Below are positions 35,360 through 44,384 of a stretch of 64,000 nucleotides of DNA, one piece after another. The stretch lies in the IMG/VR virus record IMGVR_UViG_3300035145_003993, positions 147,365 through 211,364 of that record; one strand, given 5' to 3'. Position numbers and translations under genes: made by a program. Position 1 is the first letter of the stretch; the number at the start of each line of letters is the position of its first letter. The notes beneath the pieces are model-generated. The model was not told the origin of the DNA and made no database searches. It worked only from the letters and a program-made list of their open reading frames with translations.

Positions 35360-36142
35360 TTAATCAATATTGTAATATAATTTTTCTGCCCAAGGTATAA
35401 CATCCCATTTTTTTGCTGAAATGTTGTGGTGTCCTACAATACTATATTTAGAAGCTTCTTTCACAGACATTACATCTAAACTTTCACAAACTGGTTTGTC
35501 TGTGAGATTAGTTGCTTCTCTTAATGATTGTAAAAATTGTTTGCAAACATCTGCAAAATCGTCACCAATCATTACTAATTTTCTTCCTTTTACTCTATTA
35601 TCTGGTATTTTACAAACTTGAAGTGATGCATCTGGGTACCAATTTTTAGTTTTTTCCCAATATTTTTCATCTGGATGCATGCAAATATCAATACCAATAG
35701 AGTATTTATTAAATTTTCCTGCATGATAAGCAGCTAAACCTGTATCTAAGCATTGTAAAATTTCATATTCACCTGTTTTATGATTTCTTCCAATTAAAAA
35801 ATGTGAAGAAACGTGTCTTCCTCTTGCAAGATTAAAAACATTATAACAGTGTCTAGAATTTAATCCTCCCCAATGTACACAAATAGATGTAGGATCAGAT
35901 TTTCTTTTATACCAATTTTTTGTACCATCATCAAGTTCGTATAAAGGCGCAGACCAATCAATTTCTAAAGGAGAATCAATTGGAACGACTTTTCCCATAT
36001 GCATTATGATAGGCATCCCATAATATTGTCTAACTGCTCTATGAGTTGCTGGTCCATATATACCATCTGCTTTAACACCTACTTCTTGTTGAAGTGATAT
36101 TACATATTCTTTGTTTTTATTTAAAGTACTAAACTGTTCCAT
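35360..36142 (-). CDS. endolysin: peptidoglycan-binding domain plus N-acetylmuramoyl-L-alanine amidase (Amidase_2)
   Basis: LQ..VGVKADGIYGPAT; ICVHW, SSHFLI, AYHAG..N..SIGID, VGHH...K.D. Confidence 0.85.
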   Translation of the reverse strand: MEQFSTLNKNKEYVISLQQEVGVKADGIYGPATHRAVRQYYGMPIIMHMGKVVPIDSPLEIDWSAPLYELDDGTKNWYKRKSDPTSICVHWGGLNSRHCYNVFNLARGRHVSSHFLIGRNHKTGEYEILQCLDTGLAAYHAGKFNKYSIGIDICMHPDEKYWEKTKNWYPDASLQVCKIPDNRVKGRKLVMIGDDFADVCKQFLQSLREATNLTDKPVCESLDVMSVKEASKYSIVGHHNISAKKWDVIPWAEKLYYNID

Positions 36143-36564
36143 TATCTATTATTACCTTCAATTCTATCTTTAATTCTATCTTTAATTATTTCTTCCTTGT
36201 TAGGATAAGATTTTATAACTATTTTAAGACATTTTTCTGTTAATTTTATTAAAGATTTTACATCATCATCAGTTATAGGTTCATTTTTATTTTTTTTAAA
36301 ACTTTTTTTAAGTTTAAAAAGACTTTCATCATCTGTAGACATTTCTAAATATTCTAAATAAGAATTAATATTTAACAATAATGAATTAATCATTCTGTCT
36401 GCAGATTCTGGTGTTTTTAAACTTAGTTTAACAAATCCTATAGCTTCATCATAGTCTAAATCCATCTGCTTTTCACTAATTTCTGTAATGATTTCTTTAT
36501 TTGGCAAATTTTCATCTAGTAGAAATTGTCTCCATTGATTAAACATTTCGTATATATTTTTCAT
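36142..36564 (-). CDS. hypothetical protein, 140 aa
   Basis: ORF with AAGGA RBS; WRQFLLDE leader. Confidence 0.7.
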   Translation of the reverse strand: MKNIYEMFNQWRQFLLDENLPNKEIITEISEKQMDLDYDEAIGFVKLSLKTPESADRMINSLLLNINSYLEYLEMSTDDESLFKLKKSFKKNKNEPITDDDVKSLIKLTEKCLKIVIKSYPNKEEIIKDRIKDRIEGNNR

Positions 36565-36575
36565 AAATAATCCTT

Positions 36576-37562
36576 TTAATAATCTAAATTTTCTTCGTAA
36601 TCATCATATTCATCAGAATCACCAAATTCAGTAAATGCAGTTGCTGTATTTAAAACATATTTTCCTAAGACATTTTGTAAGTCTTCTGTTCCAACTTCAT
36701 TTTTTGCTCTATTTATCATATCCTCATTGATATTACTACCGTCGAGAGCGCCACAAATTTTCAAAGATCCAAGAGCTGTCATTAGATTTATTATTTCGTC
36801 ACTTGCATTTTGAGTTCTTAGAAAATTAATTTTTTCTTGAACGCTATCTTTAATTCTTTTCTTTTCAGAAGGTTTTACATTATAGACACCTCCTTGAGAA
36901 AATAAATCGTTTTCATCTTCAGACTGCTCTAAATTTAGTGGCTGTCTAAAGAAACTAATAACATCATCATTTTTTCCTGAAATGACATTTTGACTCCACT
37001 CTTCTAGGCTATCAAATTTATTAATACCTAAATCACCTTCAATATCATCTTTATTTAAGCTCAATTCTTCATAGACATCATCTGATAAGTTTAAAGAATT
37101 TGACAGTAATTCTTGAAATAAAAGAACTAAAGGATTTTCTTGATTTTCTTGATTTATAGGATTAGAATCGATTCCAAAAACAGATTTAATAGCAGATAAT
37201 TCTTTGTCTGTAAGTTGTTTAAAATCATTATTATTAATCCTTCTAGTAAAAGAATCTTTAACGCTATTAGGAATACTATTAGGATTGCCAATCTCTTTTG
37301 CTGTGTTTACTATAGCTGTTTCTTCGTTAGGTTTTAATTTAGTATTTTTCCCTATTTGAGTTCCTAAAATACCTGTTGTTCCTATTGCTAATATTAATAT
37401 TTTTTCTAATGGTGTTGTATTAGAAACGAATTTTTTTATATTTTTTAAAAAATTTTCGTCTATTCTATTATTTTTATTTAAAATACTTTCAAATATATAG
37501 TCTATTTCATCGTAGTAAAATATTTGATTTTTAATATAACTTTCTAATAATTGATTTGTCAT
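36576..37562 (-). CDS. hypothetical protein, 328 aa, with a short hydrophobic segment
   Basis: ORF; LLESYIK leader; ILILAIGTTGILG segment. Confidence 0.7.
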   Translation of the reverse strand: MTNQLLESYIKNQIFYYDEIDYIFESILNKNNRIDENFLKNIKKFVSNTTPLEKILILAIGTTGILGTQIGKNTKLKPNEETAIVNTAKEIGNPNSIPNSVKDSFTRRINNNDFKQLTDKELSAIKSVFGIDSNPINQENQENPLVLLFQELLSNSLNLSDDVYEELSLNKDDIEGDLGINKFDSLEEWSQNVISGKNDDVISFFRQPLNLEQSEDENDLFSQGGVYNVKPSEKKRIKDSVQEKINFLRTQNASDEIINLMTALGSLKICGALDGSNINEDMINRAKNEVGTEDLQNVLGKYVLNTATAFTEFGDSDEYDDYEENLDY

Positions 37563-37595
37563 ATAATATTCTTTCTATTAAATTTATAATAAATA

Positions 37596-38201
37596 TTATT
37601 CTAAATCAAAACTTACAGAAACTTTTCCTTTTAATCGTGGTATTCTTAATTGCTGGACTATATTGTGTTCTTTTGCCTCTTCAGCTTCTAAAAACCAATC
37701 TGCGTGACCTTTGTCATGAATTAAGTTTAAGAAATAATCATCCGGCTTTCCACAATTTCGTGCCATCATAGTATATAATTTTTTATTTAATCGTTCAGAC
37801 TCGCGTGCATCAGCTTTAAGTTCTTCAACTTTACCAAAAGCCATTGAAGAAACATCATGAATCATTAGTACAGAATCTTTGTCCATAAATCGTAAACCTT
37901 CGTCACCAAAAGAAGCTAATAAAGCTCCACATGACATTGCTTTTCCTTTAACAATAGTTGCTACAGGAATTGTTGATGATTTAATTGTAGCTATCATTGA
38001 TAATAGTGAATAAGCTTGACCTCCAAATGAATCAATAACAATAGGTATAATTTTTTGCCCAGTATTTTGAGCAGCACTAACGAGAGTTGAAAATTCGCTA
38101 GCAGACTCTTCAGTAAATTCATTTACAGTTATAACTACAGGATCGTTTCTTAGCTCAAGATCCTTGATTAGTGGAGATATCTCAGCAACAAAATTAATCA
38201 T
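37596..38201 (-). CDS. clpP: ClpP-like serine protease
   Basis: IDSFGG, GKAMSCG (catalytic Ser), LMIHD (His), WF..AEEA.E. Confidence 0.9.
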   Translation of the reverse strand: MINFVAEISPLIKDLELRNDPVVITVNEFTEESASEFSTLVSAAQNTGQKIIPIVIDSFGGQAYSLLSMIATIKSSTIPVATIVKGKAMSCGALLASFGDEGLRFMDKDSVLMIHDVSSMAFGKVEELKADARESERLNKKLYTMMARNCGKPDDYFLNLIHDKGHADWFLEAEEAKEHNIVQQLRIPRLKGKVSVSFDLE

Positions 38202-38445
38202 TTAACATTCCTCTCAAAGAATCAATTGTCATTAATCCAACTTTTCTTGACACTTCTTTGTCATCAACTACCTTAATAAATGTAGGAACATTCATAACAT
38301 GATATTTACATGACTTAACAGTATCTTCAGATATATCAATAATCTCAATTGATAATTCGTTTTTAATATTTTCTGTTAGTCTATTTTTCATTTGCTTACA
38401 CGGCCCACACCAAGGAGCACTAAAAAATAAAATTTTTGTATTCAT
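38194..38445 (-). CDS. trxA: thioredoxin
   Basis: FSAPWCGPCK, cis-Pro VPT. Confidence 0.93.
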   Translation of the reverse strand: MNTKILFFSAPWCGPCKQMKNRLTENIKNELSIEIIDISEDTVKSCKYHVMNVPTFIKVVDDKEVSRKVGLMTIDSLRGMLND

Positions 38446-38502
38446 AAACCACCTTTTTAATTTTTATATATTATATTAATAAAAAGTTTTTTTTATTAAT
38501 TA

Positions 38503-39468
38503 TTAAGCTATATTTTCCCAACCCCAACTGTCACCACTCATACCATCAGCATTATAGTCTGTAACAGTTCCTTCGAAGAAGTTTTTAAAACTGTCACCAT
38601 TAATAATCCAGTCTAACCAATCTAGCGGATTATGTTTGACTTTAAAATTAGGCTTTAAACCTAACTGAATTAAGCGACGGTCTGCAAGATATCTGATGTA
38701 TTGCTTAACCTCTTCTTTGTCTAATCCTTCAATATGACCCATTTCATAAGCTAAATCAATAACTTTGTCTTCTAATTTTACAGCTTGACGATACATTTTA
38801 TAAATTGATTTTTTAAATTCGTCATTTACAATTCGTGGATGTTCTTTTACAAACTCTCTAAATAGATGAGTCATGCCTTGAACGTGCATCGTCTCGTCGC
38901 GGATAGACCATTCAACGATTTCACACATTCCTTTCATTTTTCCAAACCTTTGGTAATTTAATAACATTACAAATGCTGAAAATAGACTCATTCCTTCATT
39001 ACACGCAGACTGCGCAAGAGCTAGTCCTAGTCCTTTTTTAGTACTTACATCGTTTTGTTGCATGAACTCAATTTTATCACTCATTTCTTTATATTCAAGA
39101 AACGCGCCATATTCTTCTTCAGACAATCCTAGTGTATCGTTCAAGAGAGCATAGCTTCTTTGATGTGTGCCTTCACGATTTGCAAAACTTAATAGCATAC
39201 TCCTAATTTCATTATTTTTAAACTTAGGAATAAACAGATCACAATAATTACCACCTACTTGCACATCACTTTGTGTAAATAGTCTAAGAATTTGTGTAAT
39301 ATGGTTTTTTTCTTCTAAAGATATTTTTCCACCTTTCCACTGATTGACATCTTCAGCTAACTTTGCTTCCCAACTTCCCCAGTGAATCTTTTCATGACTT
39401 TCTGCGATTTCCATTGCCCAAGCATACTTGAAGGGCTTATATGTTGTATTGTATTTTAGTAATGACAT
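38503..39468 (-). CDS. nrdB: ribonucleotide reductase class Ia beta subunit
   Basis: LFTQSD, REGTHQRSY (radical Tyr), EGMSL, RDETMH di-iron ligands, NFFE. Confidence 0.95.
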   Translation of the reverse strand: MSLLKYNTTYKPFKYAWAMEIAESHEKIHWGSWEAKLAEDVNQWKGGKISLEEKNHITQILRLFTQSDVQVGGNYCDLFIPKFKNNEIRSMLLSFANREGTHQRSYALLNDTLGLSEEEYGAFLEYKEMSDKIEFMQQNDVSTKKGLGLALAQSACNEGMSLFSAFVMLLNYQRFGKMKGMCEIVEWSIRDETMHVQGMTHLFREFVKEHPRIVNDEFKKSIYKMYRQAVKLEDKVIDLAYEMGHIEGLDKEEVKQYIRYLADRRLIQLGLKPNFKVKHNPLDWLDWIINGDSFKNFFEGTVTDYNADGMSGDSWGWENIA

Positions 39469-39501
39469 ACGTTTAACCTTTGTAAAAACCTTGTATAATA
39501 A

Positions 39502-40563
39502 TTATCCTTGACAGCTTAAACATTCATCAGGATCAGCGAAATCTTGTAACTTATCTTGCTTAACCTTCTGACTAACCTTTTCAGCTGAAGCTCCTGCGTT
39601 TGTCCTTAGATAATATAATCCTTTTAACTTCTTTTTCCAAGCTCTAATATGTACTGCATTAACATAAGATTTATCAGTACCAGCGGGAAAGAATAAATTA
39701 ACACTTTGACCTTGGCAAATAAATTCTTGTCTATCACCTGCGTGATCTATAATCCATCTTTGATCTAATTCAAATGCTGTTTTAAATACTTCTTTATGCC
39801 AATCTGACATGTATTCAAGGTGTTGAACAGATCCTTCTGCTAAGATAATAGATTTCCATTGTTCATTCATCCAAGATTCAATATCAATTTTTTCTACATT
39901 GTCAGCATACTCTCTTAAAACTTTTTCTAAGTGATGATTTTTCACTAAATAAGAACCTACTCTTGTTCTATGTGTATATGCATTACTTTTCCAAGGTTCA
40001 ATAGATGGTGAAGTCCCTGCAATAATAGAAGAATTAGCATTTGGAGCAATTGCTAATAGATGAGAATTCCTAACTCCGTAACCAGATCCATCAGGACATT
40101 CACCTTTTTTAATCGCCAACTCTTTTGTACGCTGTTTTGCTTTTTCTTTAATTAATGAGAATATATTAATATTTGTTGCTTTTGCAATCCCTGATTCAAA
40201 CGGAATATTTTTTGATTGAAGATAGGAGTGAAATCCCATTGCACCTAAACCAAGTGATCTTTCTCTCATAGCGGAAAATTTTGCTTTGTGCAAATAGTCA
40301 GGAGCATTTTCAATAAAAAATTGTAGGACGTTATCTAAATACTCTATTAAATCTTCAACAATATTTGTGTCTTTCCATTCATCAAACTTTTCAACATTTA
40401 GTGAGCTTAAACAACATACTGCACTTCTTTCAGGAGATGTTGCCAAATGGATCTCATTACAATTGTGAACGAGCATGTTATTTGCAAAAAAATTTTTATT
40501 GTCTTTAACAGTTATGTCAAAAACAGGTTCTTTTGTTTCTCTTTTAATTATTTTTAATCCCAT
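39502..40563 (-). CDS. nrdA: ribonucleotide reductase alpha, C-terminal part (IntC 34 aa + 319 aa)
   Basis: LVHN|CNEI junction, CCLSSLN, RSLGLGAMG, AIAPNANSS, QGQSVN, LYYLR, C-terminal CLSC. Confidence 0.96.
   Translation of the reverse strand: MGLKIIKRETKEPVFDITVKDNKNFFANNMLVHNCNEIHLATSPERSAVCCLSSLNVEKFDEWKDTNIVEDLIEYLDNVLQFFIENAPDYLHKAKFSAMRERSLGLGAMGFHSYLQSKNIPFESGIAKATNINIFSLIKEKAKQRTKELAIKKGECPDGSGYGVRNSHLLAIAPNANSSIIAGTSPSIEPWKSNAYTHRTRVGSYLVKNHHLEKVLREYADNVEKIDIESWMNEQWKSIILAEGSVQHLEYMSDWHKEVFKTAFELDQRWIIDHAGDRQEFICQGQSVNLFFPAGTDKSYVNAVHIRAWKKKLKGLYYLRTNAGASAEKVSQKVKQDKLQDFADPDECLSCQG
40462..40563 (-). mobile_element. Split intein C-fragment (NrdA), 34 aa
   Basis: VFDITVKDNKNFFANNMLVHN, followed by Cys+1 at 40459-40461. 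Confidence 0.95.
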
Positions 40564-41302
40564 ATTTTCTACCTTTTATCCATTCTTCACTGTTAAGTGC
40601 ATCGATTTCTTTTTTGCTCATTTGTTTTGAAACTTTAAGTTTTTCGTTAGTGTACCAATTTTTTCCTGATAATGACTTAGAAAGTTTATTATTATGGCTA
40701 TTCGTTCTTTTATATTTAAAATCACTGTCATTTAAGTTATACAAATCTTTCATTGCGTTTACAAAACCTTTTAAGCCCGATCCATATTTTTTAAATCTAA
40801 ATTTTGAATAAGACTTTGGAAAACCATAAACTTCTGAACTATATATTTGCCACTTTCTTTTAGGTAGCTGTCCTTCTTTTTGAAAATAAGTAAAAGCTGA
40901 TTTTAATATTTCTTCATCAGTAAAACCTGTGTATGTTGGATTTTTTTCTCCTGATGTTGCAATAGAATTTTTTAGTCGCCATTCACTATATTTTTCATCA
41001 GGAACTATCCATCCACCATCACCACCCGTAGTCATATTATAACCCTTTTTAAAAGTATCATAATATTCAATGTAATACTTTTCTTTTTCTAAAGCTTCTT
41101 TTTTAGTATAACATTCAAAAATTATTTTAGATACTATATTTTTAGGACCGTATTTTCTAATTGCTTTATAAAAATGTGTATCATGACCTGATTGTGCATT
41201 TGTAATATGTTTGTGTAGTCTTTTTGACAAAGTTAGTCCAGTGTATCCAATGTATGACTTGTTTGTTTGTTTAAAAGTGTGCATGTATATTATATATTTC
41301 AA
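40544..41302 (-). CDS. free-standing GIY-YIG homing endonuclease inside the fractured nrdA
   Basis: YIIY...SYIGYT, RLHKH, FYKAIRKYG, E..YI...GYNMT.GG; TTG start with AAGGAG RBS; 20-nt overlap with the nrdA-C start. Confidence 0.9.
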   Translation of the reverse strand: MKYIIYMHTFKQTNKSYIGYTGLTLSKRLHKHITNAQSGHDTHFYKAIRKYGPKNIVSKIIFECYTKKEALEKEKYYIEYYDTFKKGYNMTTGGDGGWIVPDEKYSEWRLKNSIATSGEKNPTYTGFTDEEILKSAFTYFQKEGQLPKRKWQIYSSEVYGFPKSYSKFRFKKYGSGLKGFVNAMKDLYNLNDSDFKYKRTNSHNNKLSKSLSGKNWYTNEKLKVSKQMSKKEIDALNSEEWIKGRKYGIKNN

Positions 41303-41360
41303 ACTATCTCCTTATGTTAGTAAATGAATTTCAACATTAAATATACATCTAACAATCAAA

Positions 41361-42527
41361 TTAAGAAAAAACTAATTCATCGTCTTCTTTAAGATCTTTA
41401 GCTTTTACATATCCTCTATTTACAGTATATACTTTGTGATCAGGAGTACAAACAATTTTTTTACCAGTTTCTTCATCTATTATTTCAAGTACTTCTGCAC
41501 TTTTACTAATTAATCCTGCATCAGTAATTTCTTTGTATTCAATTTCTTTTGTATCAATATTATAAGACAACACAAAAATTTCTTTTCCTTCATGAAAAAG
41601 ATCAACAACTTCTTCTAATGATACCTGTGCATTTGGCACATTGTCAATTAACACATCAATCTTCGTATCTCCTGTTAAGCAAAGATTTGATCCATGTATC
41701 TTAAGTCCTAAATCTTTTTGATATTGAGGTAAGTGTTTATTTGCTTCTGAAATGAAGTTAATATATGGCTCGCCTGTTCTAAATCTGACTTTTAGTATTC
41801 TTTGCCATAATTCTCTTGCGTCAACTGTGTCTCTTATTGTTTTATCATTAGGATCAATTAAATTCCATTTTTCGCCTTTAGATACTGCTTCCATAAATTC
41901 GTCTGTTACATTTACTGCATTGTTTAAATTAAAACATTTACGATTTACGTCTCCTCCTGTTGGAAGTCGAATACTTAAAAATTCAATAATATCAGGATGA
42001 GAAACATCCATATAAGCTGCATAGCTTCCTTTCCTAGTTTTTCCTTGTCTATAAGCAGTCATATCACTATCTGCAGATTTTAAAAAAGGAATTGGTCCTG
42101 GTGATATTGAAGAATTAGATCTAACTTTAGACCAATGACCTCCTACACCACCACCTTTTACAGACATCCAACGTAATTCATTTGAATGATCTATAAGACC
42201 TTCTAAAGAGTCATCAACATAACTTAAAAAACAAGAAATAGGAAGTCCTAATTCTGTACCACCGGGAACGGGAGCATTAGATAAGATTGGAGAACTAAAC
42301 ATAAACCAACCTTTTGCCGCGTAATTATAAATTCTTTGTGCAAGTGACAAATCATATTTTTTATTTTGAAAATCGTAAGAGAATGCTACAGCTGCCCTTG
42401 CAAAACTTTCTTGAGGAGACTCCTCGTGATCTTGCATATAATAGTCTCTAAGTAATTTTCGTGAAAAATTTGTTAATTTATCGTCATAATCTAAGTTAAT
42501 ACTAATACCATAGCATTCTTTTTTCAT
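41361..42527 (-). CDS. nrdA: ribonucleotide reductase alpha, N-terminal part (282 aa + IntN 106 aa)
   Basis: FSSPILSN, PISCFL, GGGVG, QGKTRKGS, TGEPYI, HGSNL|CLTGDT junction. Confidence 0.96.
   Translation of the reverse strand: MKKECYGISINLDYDDKLTNFSRKLLRDYYMQDHEESPQESFARAAVAFSYDFQNKKYDLSLAQRIYNYAAKGWFMFSSPILSNAPVPGGTELGLPISCFLSYVDDSLEGLIDHSNELRWMSVKGGGVGGHWSKVRSNSSISPGPIPFLKSADSDMTAYRQGKTRKGSYAAYMDVSHPDIIEFLSIRLPTGGDVNRKCFNLNNAVNVTDEFMEAVSKGEKWNLIDPNDKTIRDTVDARELWQRILKVRFRTGEPYINFISEANKHLPQYQKDLGLKIHGSNLCLTGDTKIDVLIDNVPNAQVSLEEVVDLFHEGKEIFVLSYNIDTKEIEYKEITDAGLISKSAEVLEIIDEETGKKIVCTPDHKVYTVNRGYVKAKDLKEDDELVFS
41364..41681 (-). mobile_element. Split intein N-fragment (NrdA), 106 aa
   Basis: Cys1 CLTGDT, block B CTPDH, RGYV.A.DL...D.L, then a stop codon. 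Confidence 0.95.
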
Positions 42528-42541
42528 ATTTTATTCCTTAT

Positions 42542-43015
42542 TCAATCTGAACTTCCGATTTTACCTTTTTTTCTTGTAGAAAGTTTGGATAGATTTAAGT
42601 ATTCTTCTTCGCCAATTTCAGAATATTCGTTGTCACACTTAACTACAATAATTTGAACAGGAAGTTTTTCGCCATGTTTTATATTATACTCTTCGTTACT
42701 AACGTTTACAAGATTTACAAATATTTCACCAGTATAACCTTCATCAATTACTCCAGCACGATATTTCAAAGGAGTTTTTGTAATTGATCCTCTTTCTTTA
42801 ATTAAAGTTACATATCCAGGAGGAGTAAAAACGTGTAAACCTGTTGAGACCATTGATCCTTTTTTATTATTTAAGGAAGGCATTATTGATACATCATCAC
42901 CTGAATTGTACAGATCTAGTCCCGCACTTTCACCGTTATATGCTGGAACATAATTACTTATATTATTAGATTTTAAAACTTTCTTTAATTCTTCTTTACA
43001 ATAAATCTTAATCAT
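42542..43015 (-). CDS. dut: trimeric dUTPase
   Basis: SAGLDL, ERGS, GVIDEGYTGEI, VQ, RKKGKIGSS (motifs 1-5). Confidence 0.92.
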   Translation of the reverse strand: MIKIYCKEELKKVLKSNNISNYVPAYNGESAGLDLYNSGDDVSIMPSLNNKKGSMVSTGLHVFTPPGYVTLIKERGSITKTPLKYRAGVIDEGYTGEIFVNLVNVSNEEYNIKHGEKLPVQIIVVKCDNEYSEIGEEEYLNLSKLSTRKKGKIGSSD

Positions 43016-44384
43016 CTTTTTTATTGACTTCTTTCCACTTTTCTCTTAATTTTTCTTTCATTGTGTGATTATCTTGTGATACAACTTCATTTAAAGTTAA
43101 TTCTGTATCATCTATAATTTCAAATTTTGACTTAGCAGTATCAATATTAATTGGAAATAATAAACCATCTCGCCCTGCTCTATTTTTTGCTACAAAAATT
43201 CTTCCACTTCCAGTTGATTTTTCCATAGGTTTTCTACTTATCGAAATAACAACATCAGCGACTTGAGCTTTACCATACGATTCACCTAAATTTTCTAAAC
43301 CTACAACGTCAGACTTAGATGAATCTTTATTTGCTTGAGAAGCTGTCCAAATAGGGATATTAAGTTCTACTGCAAGATTTCTTAATTCTGTATATATTAA
43401 TTTTAATTCATGCCTTAATGAATCATAAGCTTTTGATGATTTCATAACATCAGCATAATCAACTGTTACAAGACTTGGTTTAAACCCTTTTAAAGTAAGT
43501 TTTTCAATATGATTCCTTAATGTCATTACTGAAGCTGAACCTGTCGGGTATTCTTTGATAATAAGTTTTCCTAATTCCATAGACTTATATTTATCAATAA
43601 CTTCATTTTTCCTATCAATGATTTCATTTGAAGGAATGTCGCATAGATTAGAATCGTATCTTTTTCCTGTATCATGTTCTGATAGTTCGAAAGTATAATG
43701 AATTACATTTTTGCCTGCCCTCATTGCTGAACAGCCCATAGCTACCAAAAAATGTGATTTACCAACACCTGTATTAGCTGCAACGACGCCTAATTCTCCT
43801 CTTCCTAAACCACCTCTAAGAATATCTGGAGCATCAATTCTATCAAGACCCGTTGGACAAACTTGACGATTTATTTGAACAAACCTAGCTTCAATGTCAT
43901 CAAAAAAATTGTGACCTGCAGTATTTGGAAGACCTACTGAAATAGCTTCTTTCATTATATTTAATACTGATTCATATTTTTCAGTTTGTATTAATTCTAC
44001 ACTTTGTTCTAAAGCATCTCTAAAGGCTTGTCTTTTACAAAATTCAAGAGACTTATCTTTAACATACTGAAGATCTCCTACATCAGGATTAGTTTTCATT
44101 CGATGAAGATATTCAATAATCTGATCTCTTAAGACAGAATCTTTTGACTTTGATAAATCTTCTTTTATAATTGTAATAAGGATTGTAAGAGTTGGAAATG
44201 TTTTATATTTGTTATAATAAGAGTAGTACCTTTCACAAAGAAAAGAAAGATATTTTAAATCAAAATAATCTGAATTCATTACTTCGATCATTTGAGCAGA
44301 CCAGTTAACGTCAGTAAGCATGCTTTGAAAAACTTTTTCTTGAAAAGCCTTTCCAAATTTAGAAAAGTTTTTTTCTTGACTCAT
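43008..44384 (-). CDS. dnaB: replicative DNA helicase (DnaB/T4 gp41-like, SF4)
   Basis: ANTGVGKS, TFELS, VDYAD, WTASQAN, KNRAGRDG. Confidence 0.92.
   Translation of the reverse strand: MSQEKNFSKFGKAFQEKVFQSMLTDVNWSAQMIEVMNSDYFDLKYLSFLCERYYSYYNKYKTFPTLTILITIIKEDLSKSKDSVLRDQIIEYLHRMKTNPDVGDLQYVKDKSLEFCKRQAFRDALEQSVELIQTEKYESVLNIMKEAISVGLPNTAGHNFFDDIEARFVQINRQVCPTGLDRIDAPDILRGGLGRGELGVVAANTGVGKSHFLVAMGCSAMRAGKNVIHYTFELSEHDTGKRYDSNLCDIPSNEIIDRKNEVIDKYKSMELGKLIIKEYPTGSASVMTLRNHIEKLTLKGFKPSLVTVDYADVMKSSKAYDSLRHELKLIYTELRNLAVELNIPIWTASQANKDSSKSDVVGLENLGESYGKAQVADVVISISRKPMEKSTGSGRIFVAKNRAGRDGLLFPINIDTAKSKFEIIDDTELTLNEVVSQDNHTMKEKLREKWKEVNKKDD

Noticed and set aside
38475-38500. Inverted repeat attaataaaaa / tttttattaat after nrdB as a terminator
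   Set aside because: The stem is entirely A/T, so it is too weak and too likely by chance in this composition
19985-42527. Broken dnaE and nrdA read as pseudogenes, assembly errors or group I intron insertions
   Set aside because: Each break is flanked by complete intein blocks (Cys1, TxxH, HN-Cys) and each half has its own start and RBS, which is the split-intein architecture
42542-43015. Uracil-substituted genome as the explanation for the nucleotide cluster
   Set aside because: An intact dUTPase, canonical ThyX and TK all favour thymine-containing DNA
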